DNA of 40,263 bases. Origin: a virus. Taxonomy: Duplodnaviria > Caudoviricetes. Below, one piece after another: positions 7,595 through 16,278 of this stretch; the stretch's first letter is position 1, and each line of letters begins with the position of its first letter. The translations under genes and the position numbers were made by a program. Location: positions 1 to 40,263 of the IMG/VR virus record IMGVR_UViG_3300036797_000049, one strand, 5' to 3'. The notes under the pieces were generated by a model that saw only the letters and a program-made list of their open reading frames with translations, ran no database searches and was not told the origin of the DNA.

Positions 7595-8961
7595 TACTTG
7601 GCCTTGCTCGCCTTCCCTGGCTTCTTCTTGCCGCCCTCGGTCTCCGCTACCTCAGCGACAGCAGGCTCGGCCGGCAGGTCCTCGGTGTCGTTGTTCGCGA
7701 TCACCTCGCCGTCTTCCATCACGATTCCCACCTTGCCGCTCGTGTCGACAACCTCGATCCAGATCTGATAGTCGCGCGCGATCGCCATCTGCTTGACGAT
7801 CTCCATGCTCTCGTCATCAAGCAAGCTGCCGTCTGTGATCCGGATGATCCGCACCTGCGGGTTGCTGGCCATGGCGATCGCCAGGGAGACGCGAAGCTGC
7901 TCGGCACCGCTGGCCTGATTCAGTGGCAAGTCGTTATAAGTAACCTCGCCATCCTTGAACCCGAGGCCTTCGATCGGCATCTCGGCGCGCGCGATCGCCT
8001 CCTCCTTCGTCGTCTCGCGGTTCTTCATCGACTCGGTGAGCCTGTCGGCCTCGGCCTGCTTCGCCTCGAGCTGCTGCTGCAACCGCTCCTTCTGGGTCCG
8101 CTTGTCGATCTGCGAGTTGGTCGCGCGCGCGTTCTCGATCTCCTCCTGCAGGGCCGAGACATCGAACGGCTGGCCGATGACTACGGCCTTGATCTCCTTC
8201 GCGTCCTCTTCGATCGCCTTCCTCTTTAGCTCCGCTTTCTCACGCAGCTCGCGGGCTCGCGTCTCAAGCTCTTCGGCCTCGACGATCATGTTCATCACTT
8301 CGTCGCGGTGCTTATTCAGGGCATCATGCCGACGCGCCAGTTGTAGCCTCTGCTCTGCCAGCTTCGTATTCTCCTCGCTGGCCGTCGTCATCATGCCAAG
8401 CAACCTCGAGATGTCGATCGGCTGCTCGGGCAACTCCTTCACGAAGCTGATCGCGTCGATCTGCGCCTGCAGCTGCTTTACCTCGCGGTTCACCTGCGTC
8501 CGCGCGTCATAGTCTTCTTTGTTGGCGGCGTCGATCGCGGTCGGGTCAACGTCCAGCCTCGAGAGACGCTGCAGCTCGGCCGCCTGCTCCTTCGGCTTCA
8601 TGCGCGTAAAGGCCAGCGGGTCGAACGAGAGATCGCCGAAAAGCTTGTCGAGCAACTGCTGCGGCTTCTGGAACCGTTCGCCCTTCTTTCCTTCGACGAT
8701 CAGCACATTTCCGTTGGGCGTGAACTTACGCAGCACGCGATAGTCGCCCAGGTCGATAAAGATCCCGCCCTTGTCTGTACCCTTGCGGATCGGCTGGCTC
8801 GGCAGGTCCTCGGTGCCGGCGAGAGCATACAGGATGGAGTCGAGCACCGACGTCTTGCCCGATCCGTTGCGGCCGGTCAACTCGATAACGTGGCCCTTGG
8901 GTTTGATCTGTACGACCTTCAGCTTTTTGATGTTCTCGGCCTGAAATTCAATGATCTTCAT
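7594..8961 (-). CDS. SMC/SbcC/RecN-like coiled-coil ABC ATPase
   Basis: MKI....ENIK start, Walker A GRNGSGKTS, long coiled coil, signature ASGAE, Walker B/D-loop-like IRITDGSLLD. Confidence 0.88.
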   Translation of the reverse strand: MKIIEFQAENIKKLKVVQIKPKGHVIELTGRNGSGKTSVLDSILYALAGTEDLPSQPIRKGTDKGGIFIDLGDYRVLRKFTPNGNVLIVEGKKGERFQKPQQLLDKLFGDLSFDPLAFTRMKPKEQAAELQRLSRLDVDPTAIDAANKEDYDARTQVNREVKQLQAQIDAISFVKELPEQPIDISRLLGMMTTASEENTKLAEQRLQLARRHDALNKHRDEVMNMIVEAEELETRARELREKAELKRKAIEEDAKEIKAVVIGQPFDVSALQEEIENARATNSQIDKRTQKERLQQQLEAKQAEADRLTESMKNRETTKEEAIARAEMPIEGLGFKDGEVTYNDLPLNQASGAEQLRVSLAIAMASNPQVRIIRITDGSLLDDESMEIVKQMAIARDYQIWIEVVDTSGKVGIVMEDGEVIANNDTEDLPAEPAVAEVAETEGGKKKPGKASKAK

Positions 8962-8996
8962 GGTTCCCTTTCGTGGTTGCTCTGCTGTGGTAGTTG

Positions 8997-9323
8997 TTAC
9001 CGGCTAGCTCCGTCGACGATGTCGAGCGCCAGGGTGAGGCCTTCGCGCTTTGCATAGGCCGACAGGATGGTGCGTATCGAGCGCGCCGTGCGTCCCTGCT
9101 TGCCAACGATCTTGCCGATGTCCGAAGCTGCTGCGCTGACGCGGATTACAGGGTTCGATCCGAGTCCGCAGACCATGACGTCGACGCGCAACTCTTCAGG
9201 GTTGTCGATAAGCGAAGAAACCATCGTTTCAACCAAGTTGCTCGCGCCGCTAAGCTTCATCTCATGCCTGATGCGACGAGCTGCTTCTTCCAAGGGCTTT
9301 ACTGCTTCCAATATCGCGTTCAT
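8997..9323 (-). CDS. khpA: KH-domain RNA-binding protein, KhpA (UPF0109/YlqC) family
   Basis: LVETMVSSLIDNPEE...DIGKIVGKQGRTARSIRTIL closely matches the KhpA signature with an intact GxxG loop; ATG 9323 is coupled to the upstream stop. Confidence 0.9.
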   Translation of the reverse strand: MNAILEAVKPLEEAARRIRHEMKLSGASNLVETMVSSLIDNPEELRVDVMVCGLGSNPVIRVSAAASDIGKIVGKQGRTARSIRTILSAYAKREGLTLALDIVDGASR

Positions 9324-9541
9324 TCGGCCTCGTCCTCTTCCTCTTCTTCTTCTTCGTCTTCCGCCGTTGCCTTCGAGCTGAGCGTTACCCAATCGAGATC
9401 GAGTTCTTCTGCAATTTCATCCATCGAGATCGCCTGCTCGGCCTTGTCTTCGGCCTCGATCCGAGTCTCGGCCTCGACCTCGCGCTCAAGATCGACGGTC
9501 TGGTGGACCTCTACTTTTACCTTGACTTTCCAAGTGGCCAT
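9320..9541 (-). CDS. Small highly acidic protein
   Basis: GGAGG RBS; C-terminal EDEEEEEEDEAE; first gene after the promoter. Confidence 0.8.
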   Translation of the reverse strand: MATWKVKVKVEVHQTVDLEREVEAETRIEAEDKAEQAISMDEIAEELDLDWVTLSSKATAEDEEEEEEEDEAE

Positions 9542-9565
9542 TTAGCCTGTTGCCTCCTACACGCG

Positions 9566-9594
9566 AATGTATCCTCCATGTAGCACCTTGTCAA
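9566..9594 (-). promoter_or_regulatory. Sigma70-type promoter for the middle operon
   Basis: TTGACA (9594-9589), 17-bp spacer, TACATT (9571-9566). Confidence 0.8.
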
Positions 9595-9607
9595 CCGTTT
9601 TGATTGC

Positions 9608-9638
9608 AAAAAAACGGGCCGGGAATTTATCCCGGCCC
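9608..9638 (-). terminator. Intrinsic terminator ending the late operon
   Basis: 9-bp stem gggccggga/tcccggccc followed on the - strand by a T7 run. Confidence 0.85.
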
Positions 9639-9695
9639 AGTGGCCAAATCTGCTTTTCATCCGGCGTTAGGATCGCCGCTTTGATTCTCTCTCTT

Positions 9696-10049
9696 TTACA
9701 GCGTTTCGGGTAGTGCGGTTAGGGTGCTCGGGTCCGTCGTGGTCTCGGCGAACTTGTAGCCAGCCAAGGCCGCAGAGAGGGCCGCGGTGAGGCTGCTTGC
9801 GATCGCGAGCTTGGTCGTCGACAGCGTGCCGCTTGCCATCAGCGTGTTGATCTCGGTCTGGATACCAGACAGCGCGGCCATGGTTGCATCCGTGGTGCTG
9901 CCTCCGCTGGTCAAGGCGGTAATCAGGCCGGGGATGGACGCGCCGAGGCTGGCCAACAGTGTTACGAGACTCGAGGGGATGACGCCGGCTCCCTCGAGTA
10001 TCTGAGGCACAAGGGTAAGCACAAGCGTTATGACGGTGGTAATTGACAT
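9696..10049 (-). CDS. Hydrophobic Ala/Thr/Leu-rich protein, probable lysis accessory
   Basis: AGAGGA RBS before ATG 10049; hydrophobic N-terminus; last gene of the lysis cluster. Confidence 0.7.
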   Translation of the reverse strand: MSITTVITLVLTLVPQILEGAGVIPSSLVTLLASLGASIPGLITALTSGGSTTDATMAALSGIQTEINTLMASGTLSTTKLAIASSLTAALSAALAGYKFAETTTDPSTLTALPETL

Positions 10050-10142
10050 CGAAAGTCCTCTTTCTGTCCGTGCGGTTGGTGTACGCAACTGTGGGGCGAG
10101 TTTCGTTATCTGGGAATCCGCCCCCGAATTATTTCGTTTTGC

Positions 10143-10856
10143 TTACTGTGCGGCGAGGGAAGTCTGCGCCGTGCTCCATGCGCTGAGAACGGCATTCAGC
10201 GCGGCGGTTAGGGCTGCGGTGCTTCCTCCACCAGCCTTGTGATACGACTGCTCGGCCGCGTCCGCGATGTTCAGCGCCTTGTTCATCGAGGTAACGGCGG
10301 TCTTCTGCGTGGCGGTAACAGTCAGCTTTCCGCTCTGGATGTCGGCCGAGATGCTTGCCGCGAAGTCGTGGGCCGGTCGCAGCACCTTGAAGGCGTTGGC
10401 GTCCGTCTGGTCGACCGCACCAGCGGGAAGGGTCGGCGCGGTTGCGGTCGTCGTTGCGGTAGCTTTGAGCGCGCATCCCGTAACGGCAAAGCCGACCGCA
10501 AATGCCAGCACCAGACCTGCCGCCTTCATCCCCACATTAGAGGTTTGCGCCGGGGCCGGATCCTGCGATCCCTGGGTGAGCGATCGCACGGTGCCATGCA
10601 AGCCAGCGGAGCCCGCGATCGTCAAAAGCAGATTCGACCAAAAGGCGGCCGTCGAGATATCGCCAGGGTGAGCGACCGAGAGAAGGCCTGCGAAGGTAAG
10701 CAGGCCATTCAATACGATCGCCCAGGTGCCACCGATCGCGGGATATTTGGCTTTGATCGCCTGCAGGACGACGTAAACGATGCCGGCGATCGCGACCAAC
10801 TTAACAGGCAGTGCCGCCCAGAATGCGGCGGTAAGAATGAGAGTCAGGAAATGCAT
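10143..10856 (-). CDS. Holin-like multi-TM protein fused to a lipoprotein-like domain
   Basis: AAGGAG RBS; about three TM segments, then an internal MKAAGLVLAFAVGFAVTG-C lipobox. Confidence 0.7.
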   Translation of the reverse strand: MHFLTLILTAAFWAALPVKLVAIAGIVYVVLQAIKAKYPAIGGTWAIVLNGLLTFAGLLSVAHPGDISTAAFWSNLLLTIAGSAGLHGTVRSLTQGSQDPAPAQTSNVGMKAAGLVLAFAVGFAVTGCALKATATTTATAPTLPAGAVDQTDANAFKVLRPAHDFAASISADIQSGKLTVTATQKTAVTSMNKALNIADAAEQSYHKAGGGSTAALTAALNAVLSAWSTAQTSLAAQ

Positions 10857-10916
10857 GGGAAGGGCTCCTTTTGAATCTGACATTGGTGGTTGAAATTTAA
10901 CCATCGCTTGAAAACT

Positions 10917-11522
10917 TCAGGCGGCGGCGTGGCCTTGGGCCTGCTTCTCAGCATCAAGGAATTGGGAAAGTGTCCAATAATTGCGTTCGGCGAATGCTGC
11001 ATCGCTGACGTTGCGGCGGCTCTGCTTGGCTGCCGTCATCCAATCCTCGGCTGCGAGAGCTGCATTCAGTTTGGTGTAGTGGAGAAACCTCTTCGGTCCG
11101 AGGTTGTAACGCATATCCAGCGTAGCCAGTTTTACAGCCAGGGGCCAGCTTGCATAGTTTGCGAATTGCTTTCTCAGCCAGCGATCGCATTCAGCAACGA
11201 CGCTGAACAGTATCGCGTCGACATCCTGATTGAGAAGCCGAACCGATGTTGACGACAGGTAATAAGTCGGCAGGTGTCCCGGCTCCATTGCGGAAACTCG
11301 CGCGAAGTCGGCCGCGATCTCCTCCATCGTTGCAGGCTCGCCGCTCGGAGATCTGAACGGCAAAGCCTGCGCCGCCAGGACACTCGCCAGCATCTTGCCG
11401 ACGCCCGTCGTGACGTGTCGATACGTGTCGAGATACAGCCACTCGACCCGCCCTTCAAAACCTTCGATCTTCGAGGCAGATAAATCTAGGTACTCCAGTC
11501 CTGCAGGTGTTGGGACGTTCAT
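10917..11522 (-). CDS. Endolysin, GH24 / T4-lysozyme-like
   Basis: FEG....LYLDT..HVTTGVG catalytic E-D-T pattern; DMRYNLG; ERN.W. Confidence 0.88.
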   Translation of the reverse strand: MNVPTPAGLEYLDLSASKIEGFEGRVEWLYLDTYRHVTTGVGKMLASVLAAQALPFRSPSGEPATMEEIAADFARVSAMEPGHLPTYYLSSTSVRLLNQDVDAILFSVVAECDRWLRKQFANYASWPLAVKLATLDMRYNLGPKRFLHYTKLNAALAAEDWMTAAKQSRRNVSDAAFAERNYWTLSQFLDAEKQAQGHAAA

Positions 11523-11537
11523 AGCTCGCCGCTCCTT

Positions 11538-11810
11538 TTAGTGGCTTACTGTTCTTTCGTGAATCTGAATCACGATCCAGATAACGCCCAAGATCGCATT
11601 GAAGGCCGCGAGCCCTTTGATCGCGCCGCGGAGCTGGTTGATCGCCTCCGTCGAGTTGTCGGTCTTATCATCGTTGCTGGCGATCATCAGCTTGAGGCTA
11701 TTGATCGCAGGTACTAACCTCTTATCCTCGAAGACTGCTAACTCCGTTTGAATCATCTTGAAACCTCCGTCTCTGGTGAGTGGCATCCCCCCCGAGTCTT
11801 CTGCATGCAT
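11538..11810 (-). CDS. Small protein with C-terminal TM helix (holin/antiholin candidate)
   Basis: GAGGAG RBS; coiled coil plus hydrophobic C-terminus; directly upstream of the endolysin. Confidence 0.65.
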   Translation of the reverse strand: MHAEDSGGMPLTRDGGFKMIQTELAVFEDKRLVPAINSLKLMIASNDDKTDNSTEAINQLRGAIKGLAAFNAILGVIWIVIQIHERTVSH

Positions 11811-11898
11811 GGCCTCTCCTCCTCGAGATGGTTAGAACCTTTGACAGATATAAAAAAATCGAAGTATTGCAATGCCTTCAAGGTACGACGATCTGCAG

Positions 11899-14784
11899 CT
11901 AGGGTGTACACGTCGCCGCCGTAATGACTCCCTTAACAATCGCCGTGATGGTGCAGGACGATCCGTTGACCGTGACGCCTCCCGCCAGGGGATCGGCGAA
12001 GGTTGCGTCTTCCCGTAGATAGCGGGTCGTGCCTGCGGTAGCGCCAGGGTCGGGAACGATTCCCGTCTTGTGATTCGTTCCAGATGCACCGAAGACGGGG
12101 ATGAGGGTCGAGCAAAGCTGCTCGCCGAGGAGTCCGGTGGTGTCGAATGTCGCGCACTGCGTCCCTGCTGCGGCAAAGTGAGGGAAGGTGTAAGAGTTAG
12201 CGGTAAGAGTCATCGGCCCTGTACCCGCTGAGATGCTGATCAGATTATCGTTCACTTGGATTGTTCCACCGGTCCCGTGACCAGTCCCCCCGACTATTTG
12301 AGTCAGTCCAGCATTCGGATCGTAAGTTGCAAAAAATCCGCAATTCCCGCCATTGGCTTGGAAGCAAAAGGGGAAATAAGTATTGCTACCGAAATTCGAG
12401 GTTATGGCTGGATTGGTTCCAACATCAATCACTCGACCTCTAGGCAATGGTGCATCCATGTGATATCCGACGGAGTGCGGCCCAGCTGAGAGAAATACAG
12501 TCGGCCCGGTGAGTCTCCCGTTTGCTCCGGTGCAGGTTGTATTACACCCTCCTTCGTAAAGGGAATAGGGGTTCTGATTGAAGTCAAAATATCCCCTAAA
12601 TGATCCAGAGGTAACGCCATGACCCGCATATCTCGCCTCAAACAGTGCCGAACTTGATTGAAGATTCGGCATTGTTTCAAATTGATGCAGCGCCGTAATG
12701 ACGTGGACGGAACTTTGCATGTCGTCGACAGCGGTAAAAAAGTGCCCGTTTGTCCACGTCATGTCATTTGGATAAATCTCAAGCGTTCCACTGAGTACGG
12801 CGGTTTTTACTCCATTCGAATCGGTCGTAACAGTGCTATCGGCTTGCCTAATCATCGCCGCTGGCAAAACGTAGAAAGCGCCCGATCCGTTCGCCCCTCC
12901 CACGGTTCCACCGATTGTGATAGTCGCGCCAGTTGTCGAGGCGTTCGGGCCGCTGTTCGCATAGGTTACGCAGAGTGAGGAATTATTATTCGAAAGCTGC
13001 ACTCCCGTAGCGTTGAAGGATGAGTCTGCGGCTCCGGTGATATCTGCCAGCTCACCGCCGTAATCGGTCGGCGTATTCCCGAGATTGCACGCCGTGACGA
13101 CGTTAGATGCTCGAGTGAGACTTGTAACCTGCTGTGTTCCGAAATTGTGCATCCAAGGAATAATTGTTCCCTGCGCACCAAAAGCATAAGTTGAAATCGT
13201 TAGATGCGTTGCATCGGTCGCGCCAACGACATAATAGCCAGTCCGCCACGCGGATCCATTTCTGTCGTACACAAGATCCAGAATCCCATGTGTACCCACC
13301 GTTCCATTGCCCCATGCTGCCTGCGCGACAAAGCACCCTGACGCGTGACCATGGTAAACAAGGCCGGTTATCACCTGATTGCCGGAAGCGTCTTTGGCGC
13401 TGACGGTATAGTTTTTCAGGAACTCAAGTTGTGGTTCTGGACAGCGAAGCGCGATAACATCCGTGCCATCAAATCCCGCTGCTCCTGGGGTGTTGTCGTT
13501 GTCCACGTGAACCGTGAAGGTCGCCAGCGAACCGTTTGCGGTGAAGGTCGTAGGGACAATGGTAGTGATCGTGGTTCCCGTTACTCCTGATGCCGTGATG
13601 CATCCCGGCGCTACTGTCACTACATTCGTCGCGCCGTTGTAGCCGTTATATGCGACATTGCACGGTCCCGCCATCGGTGCGGACGGATCGAAGGCAAGGC
13701 CTTCGGGTACTACGTCGGCAAGATTTACGGCTGGCGAGAATGCAACCGTGGTTGCACCAACTGCCGGCGAACCCGATACAAGTCCTTGAAACAGGTGGGT
13801 GATTAGATTTCCCCCGTTGATCCTGATCGGCGTAATGCCCTCATCGGCCGGAGTGATCGCGCCTCCGTGATTGAACATATTGAAATAGAAACCCGCGCAG
13901 TCATGAAGTTTTGCGCAAAAGATATTGCCACTGATTACCTGAGAGATGGCCGGGGTATGGAACTGGATCTCATAGTCGTCCACTTTCACGACTGCGCCGC
14001 CCGCCTTGTCTACTGTCGTAGGGCTGCCGTTATTCAGATTCGGGCCATTGAAAAGGGCCGTGTGATAGTGATAAAAATCCTGCCCAAACCCTGGTGTCGT
14101 TCCTTGAATGGTGGGCTGGTCGGCATAGTATTGCTCAAGATTCGCGCACTGCCTGCCTCCGCAGAATCCAATCTGCGAGGAGTTCTGTTGAAGTAGTTCC
14201 CACCGCATAGATCCGACCTTGTTTATGGTCTTGTCGGAGCTGGTGAAGATGTTAGTTCCGGCGAATGCTGTGTTGCTATTGTTCGACTGGAGTTCGAGGG
14301 AAGCGCCGCCCGGCGTTCCTCCTCCCCCTGAAGGGGTGAAGCATCCCGCCGCCGCGAATCCGGCTCCTACGCCCTGCGCGGCCTGCCCTGCGGGGCATAG
14401 TGTCGGCGTCCCTGCTGGTCCCGCGGCCGTGGCCGCTGCGGGCAATGCGGCCTGATACTGCGTCGAGCTCCACATGTAGGAGGTCGACGGCGCTGTGCGT
14501 CGATCTTCGATCTGGACCTTGGTGCATCCACCTGTGACGCCTGCGATCGTGTCGCTCGGGGTGGCCGCTGCCGGGATGACGATGCGCGCGCCTGCTGTGG
14601 CGCAGGCCTTCGTCACGGCCGACTGAATCGTCGAATAGATTCCCGGTGCCGATCCGATGTAGTAATCGGTATTGATTTGTGGAGTTGCGACCGCTCCCAT
14701 CTGCTGCTGAGCAAACATCATCGCAACAGTTCCAACCAGAAACACCAAAGCAGCAATGCAAAAAAAGGCCCTTTTCAACTTCAT
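11899..14784 (-). CDS. Tail fibre / tailspike-like receptor-binding protein
   Basis: 961 aa, rich in G/T/N/A; lies in the tail region; central part looks lower in GC. Confidence 0.75.
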   Translation of the reverse strand: MKLKRAFFCIAALVFLVGTVAMMFAQQQMGAVATPQINTDYYIGSAPGIYSTIQSAVTKACATAGARIVIPAAATPSDTIAGVTGGCTKVQIEDRRTAPSTSYMWSSTQYQAALPAAATAAGPAGTPTLCPAGQAAQGVGAGFAAAGCFTPSGGGGTPGGASLELQSNNSNTAFAGTNIFTSSDKTINKVGSMRWELLQQNSSQIGFCGGRQCANLEQYYADQPTIQGTTPGFGQDFYHYHTALFNGPNLNNGSPTTVDKAGGAVVKVDDYEIQFHTPAISQVISGNIFCAKLHDCAGFYFNMFNHGGAITPADEGITPIRINGGNLITHLFQGLVSGSPAVGATTVAFSPAVNLADVVPEGLAFDPSAPMAGPCNVAYNGYNGATNVVTVAPGCITASGVTGTTITTIVPTTFTANGSLATFTVHVDNDNTPGAAGFDGTDVIALRCPEPQLEFLKNYTVSAKDASGNQVITGLVYHGHASGCFVAQAAWGNGTVGTHGILDLVYDRNGSAWRTGYYVVGATDATHLTISTYAFGAQGTIIPWMHNFGTQQVTSLTRASNVVTACNLGNTPTDYGGELADITGAADSSFNATGVQLSNNNSSLCVTYANSGPNASTTGATITIGGTVGGANGSGAFYVLPAAMIRQADSTVTTDSNGVKTAVLSGTLEIYPNDMTWTNGHFFTAVDDMQSSVHVITALHQFETMPNLQSSSALFEARYAGHGVTSGSFRGYFDFNQNPYSLYEGGCNTTCTGANGRLTGPTVFLSAGPHSVGYHMDAPLPRGRVIDVGTNPAITSNFGSNTYFPFCFQANGGNCGFFATYDPNAGLTQIVGGTGHGTGGTIQVNDNLISISAGTGPMTLTANSYTFPHFAAAGTQCATFDTTGLLGEQLCSTLIPVFGASGTNHKTGIVPDPGATAGTTRYLREDATFADPLAGGVTVNGSSCTITAIVKGVITAATCTP

Positions 14785-14797
14785 ATTTTCCTGTCTC

Positions 14798-15562
14798 CTA
14801 GCTGTACATCACTGGACTTGCTGCGTCTAAACTTCCGTCTTTGTCTGCCGCGAACAGGTACACCGATCGCGAGTTTGCTGCGGGGCTGACTACTCCAGCG
14901 TTGCGTATGCTCCCCGCCCAGGTGACAGCATGGCCGCCCGCGCCGTCCTGCACCAGTCGCAGGGGAACGAGAGAGTTGCCGCCCAGGTTGGCTACCGAGA
15001 TCGTCGTGTCGCCGCCTAATACGCATTTGAACGAGCTGCCGAGATGCCCGTCGAGCACAAGGTTTGCAGCCCATGGAAGGACGTAGACGCCGCCGGTGTT
15101 ATTGATCTGTCCGGTGACTGTCAGATCTCCATTGATCGTGATGGAGCCATTGATCGTTTGCGTCGCCGCGCCTGCCGGATCTCTGAGAACAGGATTCACC
15201 GACAGGATCGAGGGCGGGGGAGGATCGTAGAGCGCCGCGCTGCTGAGGTCATACGTTCCGGCGCCGGCGAACTGGTAGGCGTTGAGCTGGACCACATTGC
15301 CCTGGTCGTCGGCGACCGCAAAGGTGTAATAGGTTCCTGCTGGCGTGATGACGTCGTTGCCCCAGATGGACATCGTAATGATTCCGGTGCCGCCAGCTTT
15401 GACGGCGATCGGCGAGGTCTTCGCGATCATGCCCGTTCCAGAGATGCGCGGGACCTGGCTGCCATAGCCGCATAACTGCATCTGCAGTGTGGAGTTCGAC
15501 TGCAAAGCTCCGATGAGATCGGCCATTGTTGCTGTAATCGTTACCTGGGGAGTCTGGGCCAT
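14798..15562 (-). CDS. Virion structural protein (fibre adaptor/attachment-like)
   Basis: Beta-rich; C-terminal LVQDG.GG..VTW motif common in phage tail proteins. Confidence 0.7.
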   Translation of the reverse strand: MAQTPQVTITATMADLIGALQSNSTLQMQLCGYGSQVPRISGTGMIAKTSPIAVKAGGTGIITMSIWGNDVITPAGTYYTFAVADDQGNVVQLNAYQFAGAGTYDLSSAALYDPPPPSILSVNPVLRDPAGAATQTINGSITINGDLTVTGQINNTGGVYVLPWAANLVLDGHLGSSFKCVLGGDTTISVANLGGNSLVPLRLVQDGAGGHAVTWAGSIRNAGVVSPAANSRSVYLFAADKDGSLDAASPVMYS

Positions 15563-15568
15563 GGGTAT

Positions 15569-15982
15569 CTACCTAAAAAAAGAAGTAAGTCCGATGGTCG
15601 CAACCAGCGGATGATTTTTTCTATCCTGCGCGATCGTCTCCTTGAAGTACTCGCTTGTGACGTCGTGCAGGTCTGCGTAATACAAAGCTCCATTAGTCTC
15701 GTCTTCCGCGCTGCCGTGGTAGACGTCATCCACTTGCGGCAAGAAGACTTTCGCGTGTGCCTCTCTGAGTGTCATCACGCGGCACGTCTCGGGAAACGGG
15801 GTGTAACGGCTCAGCTCTGCGGCCTGCAATACCAGCAGCCAGTCGCCGCCATACCATCCCGCGTCGACGCGGTTCCGCAAAACATGCGCGACCGCGAGCA
15901 TCTTGTCGGACCCTCCCGAGACAATGCCCTCGCGAAGACAGAAGTCAGCAAGCTTTCCCTTGATGAAGGTGTCCGCGTTCAA
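15569..15982 (-). CDS. Cell wall hydrolase, SleB/Hydrolase_2-like
   Basis: REG...MLAVAHVLRNRV...D.TNGALYY...VATIG...FFR pattern. Confidence 0.75.
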   Translation of the reverse strand: MNADTFIKGKLADFCLREGIVSGGSDKMLAVAHVLRNRVDAGWYGGDWLLVLQAAELSRYTPFPETCRVMTLREAHAKVFLPQVDDVYHGSAEDETNGALYYADLHDVTSEYFKETIAQDRKNHPLVATIGLTSFFR

Positions 15983-16278
15983 GACGGTTCCACCCTGCTT
16001 TTCATGGTCGACGCGATCCAGTGCGCCATTTGTGCGCCGCCTACCCCAAAATGCCTCATCTCGACAGTCTTCGATCGCTGGAATTTTCCGCTTGACGTGT
16101 TCTCTGTGGTGAAGCCGATAGTGAGATCGCGGACTGGACCATAGTCGCCGCGCTCGATCTCGCGGGTTAGCTTCCGCAACTTCCCTACCACGTCATAGAC
16201 CGTTCCCTGATCGATGCAGCGGACTTTTGCCTTTCTACGTACAGGATGAACAGATTCTTGAATCGCCGGTTTGCTCAT
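15979..16278 (-). CDS. Hypothetical protein
   Basis: Translationally coupled on both sides. Confidence 0.7.
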   Translation of the reverse strand: MSKPAIQESVHPVRRKAKVRCIDQGTVYDVVGKLRKLTREIERGDYGPVRDLTIGFTTENTSSGKFQRSKTVEMRHFGVGGAQMAHWIASTMKSRVEPS

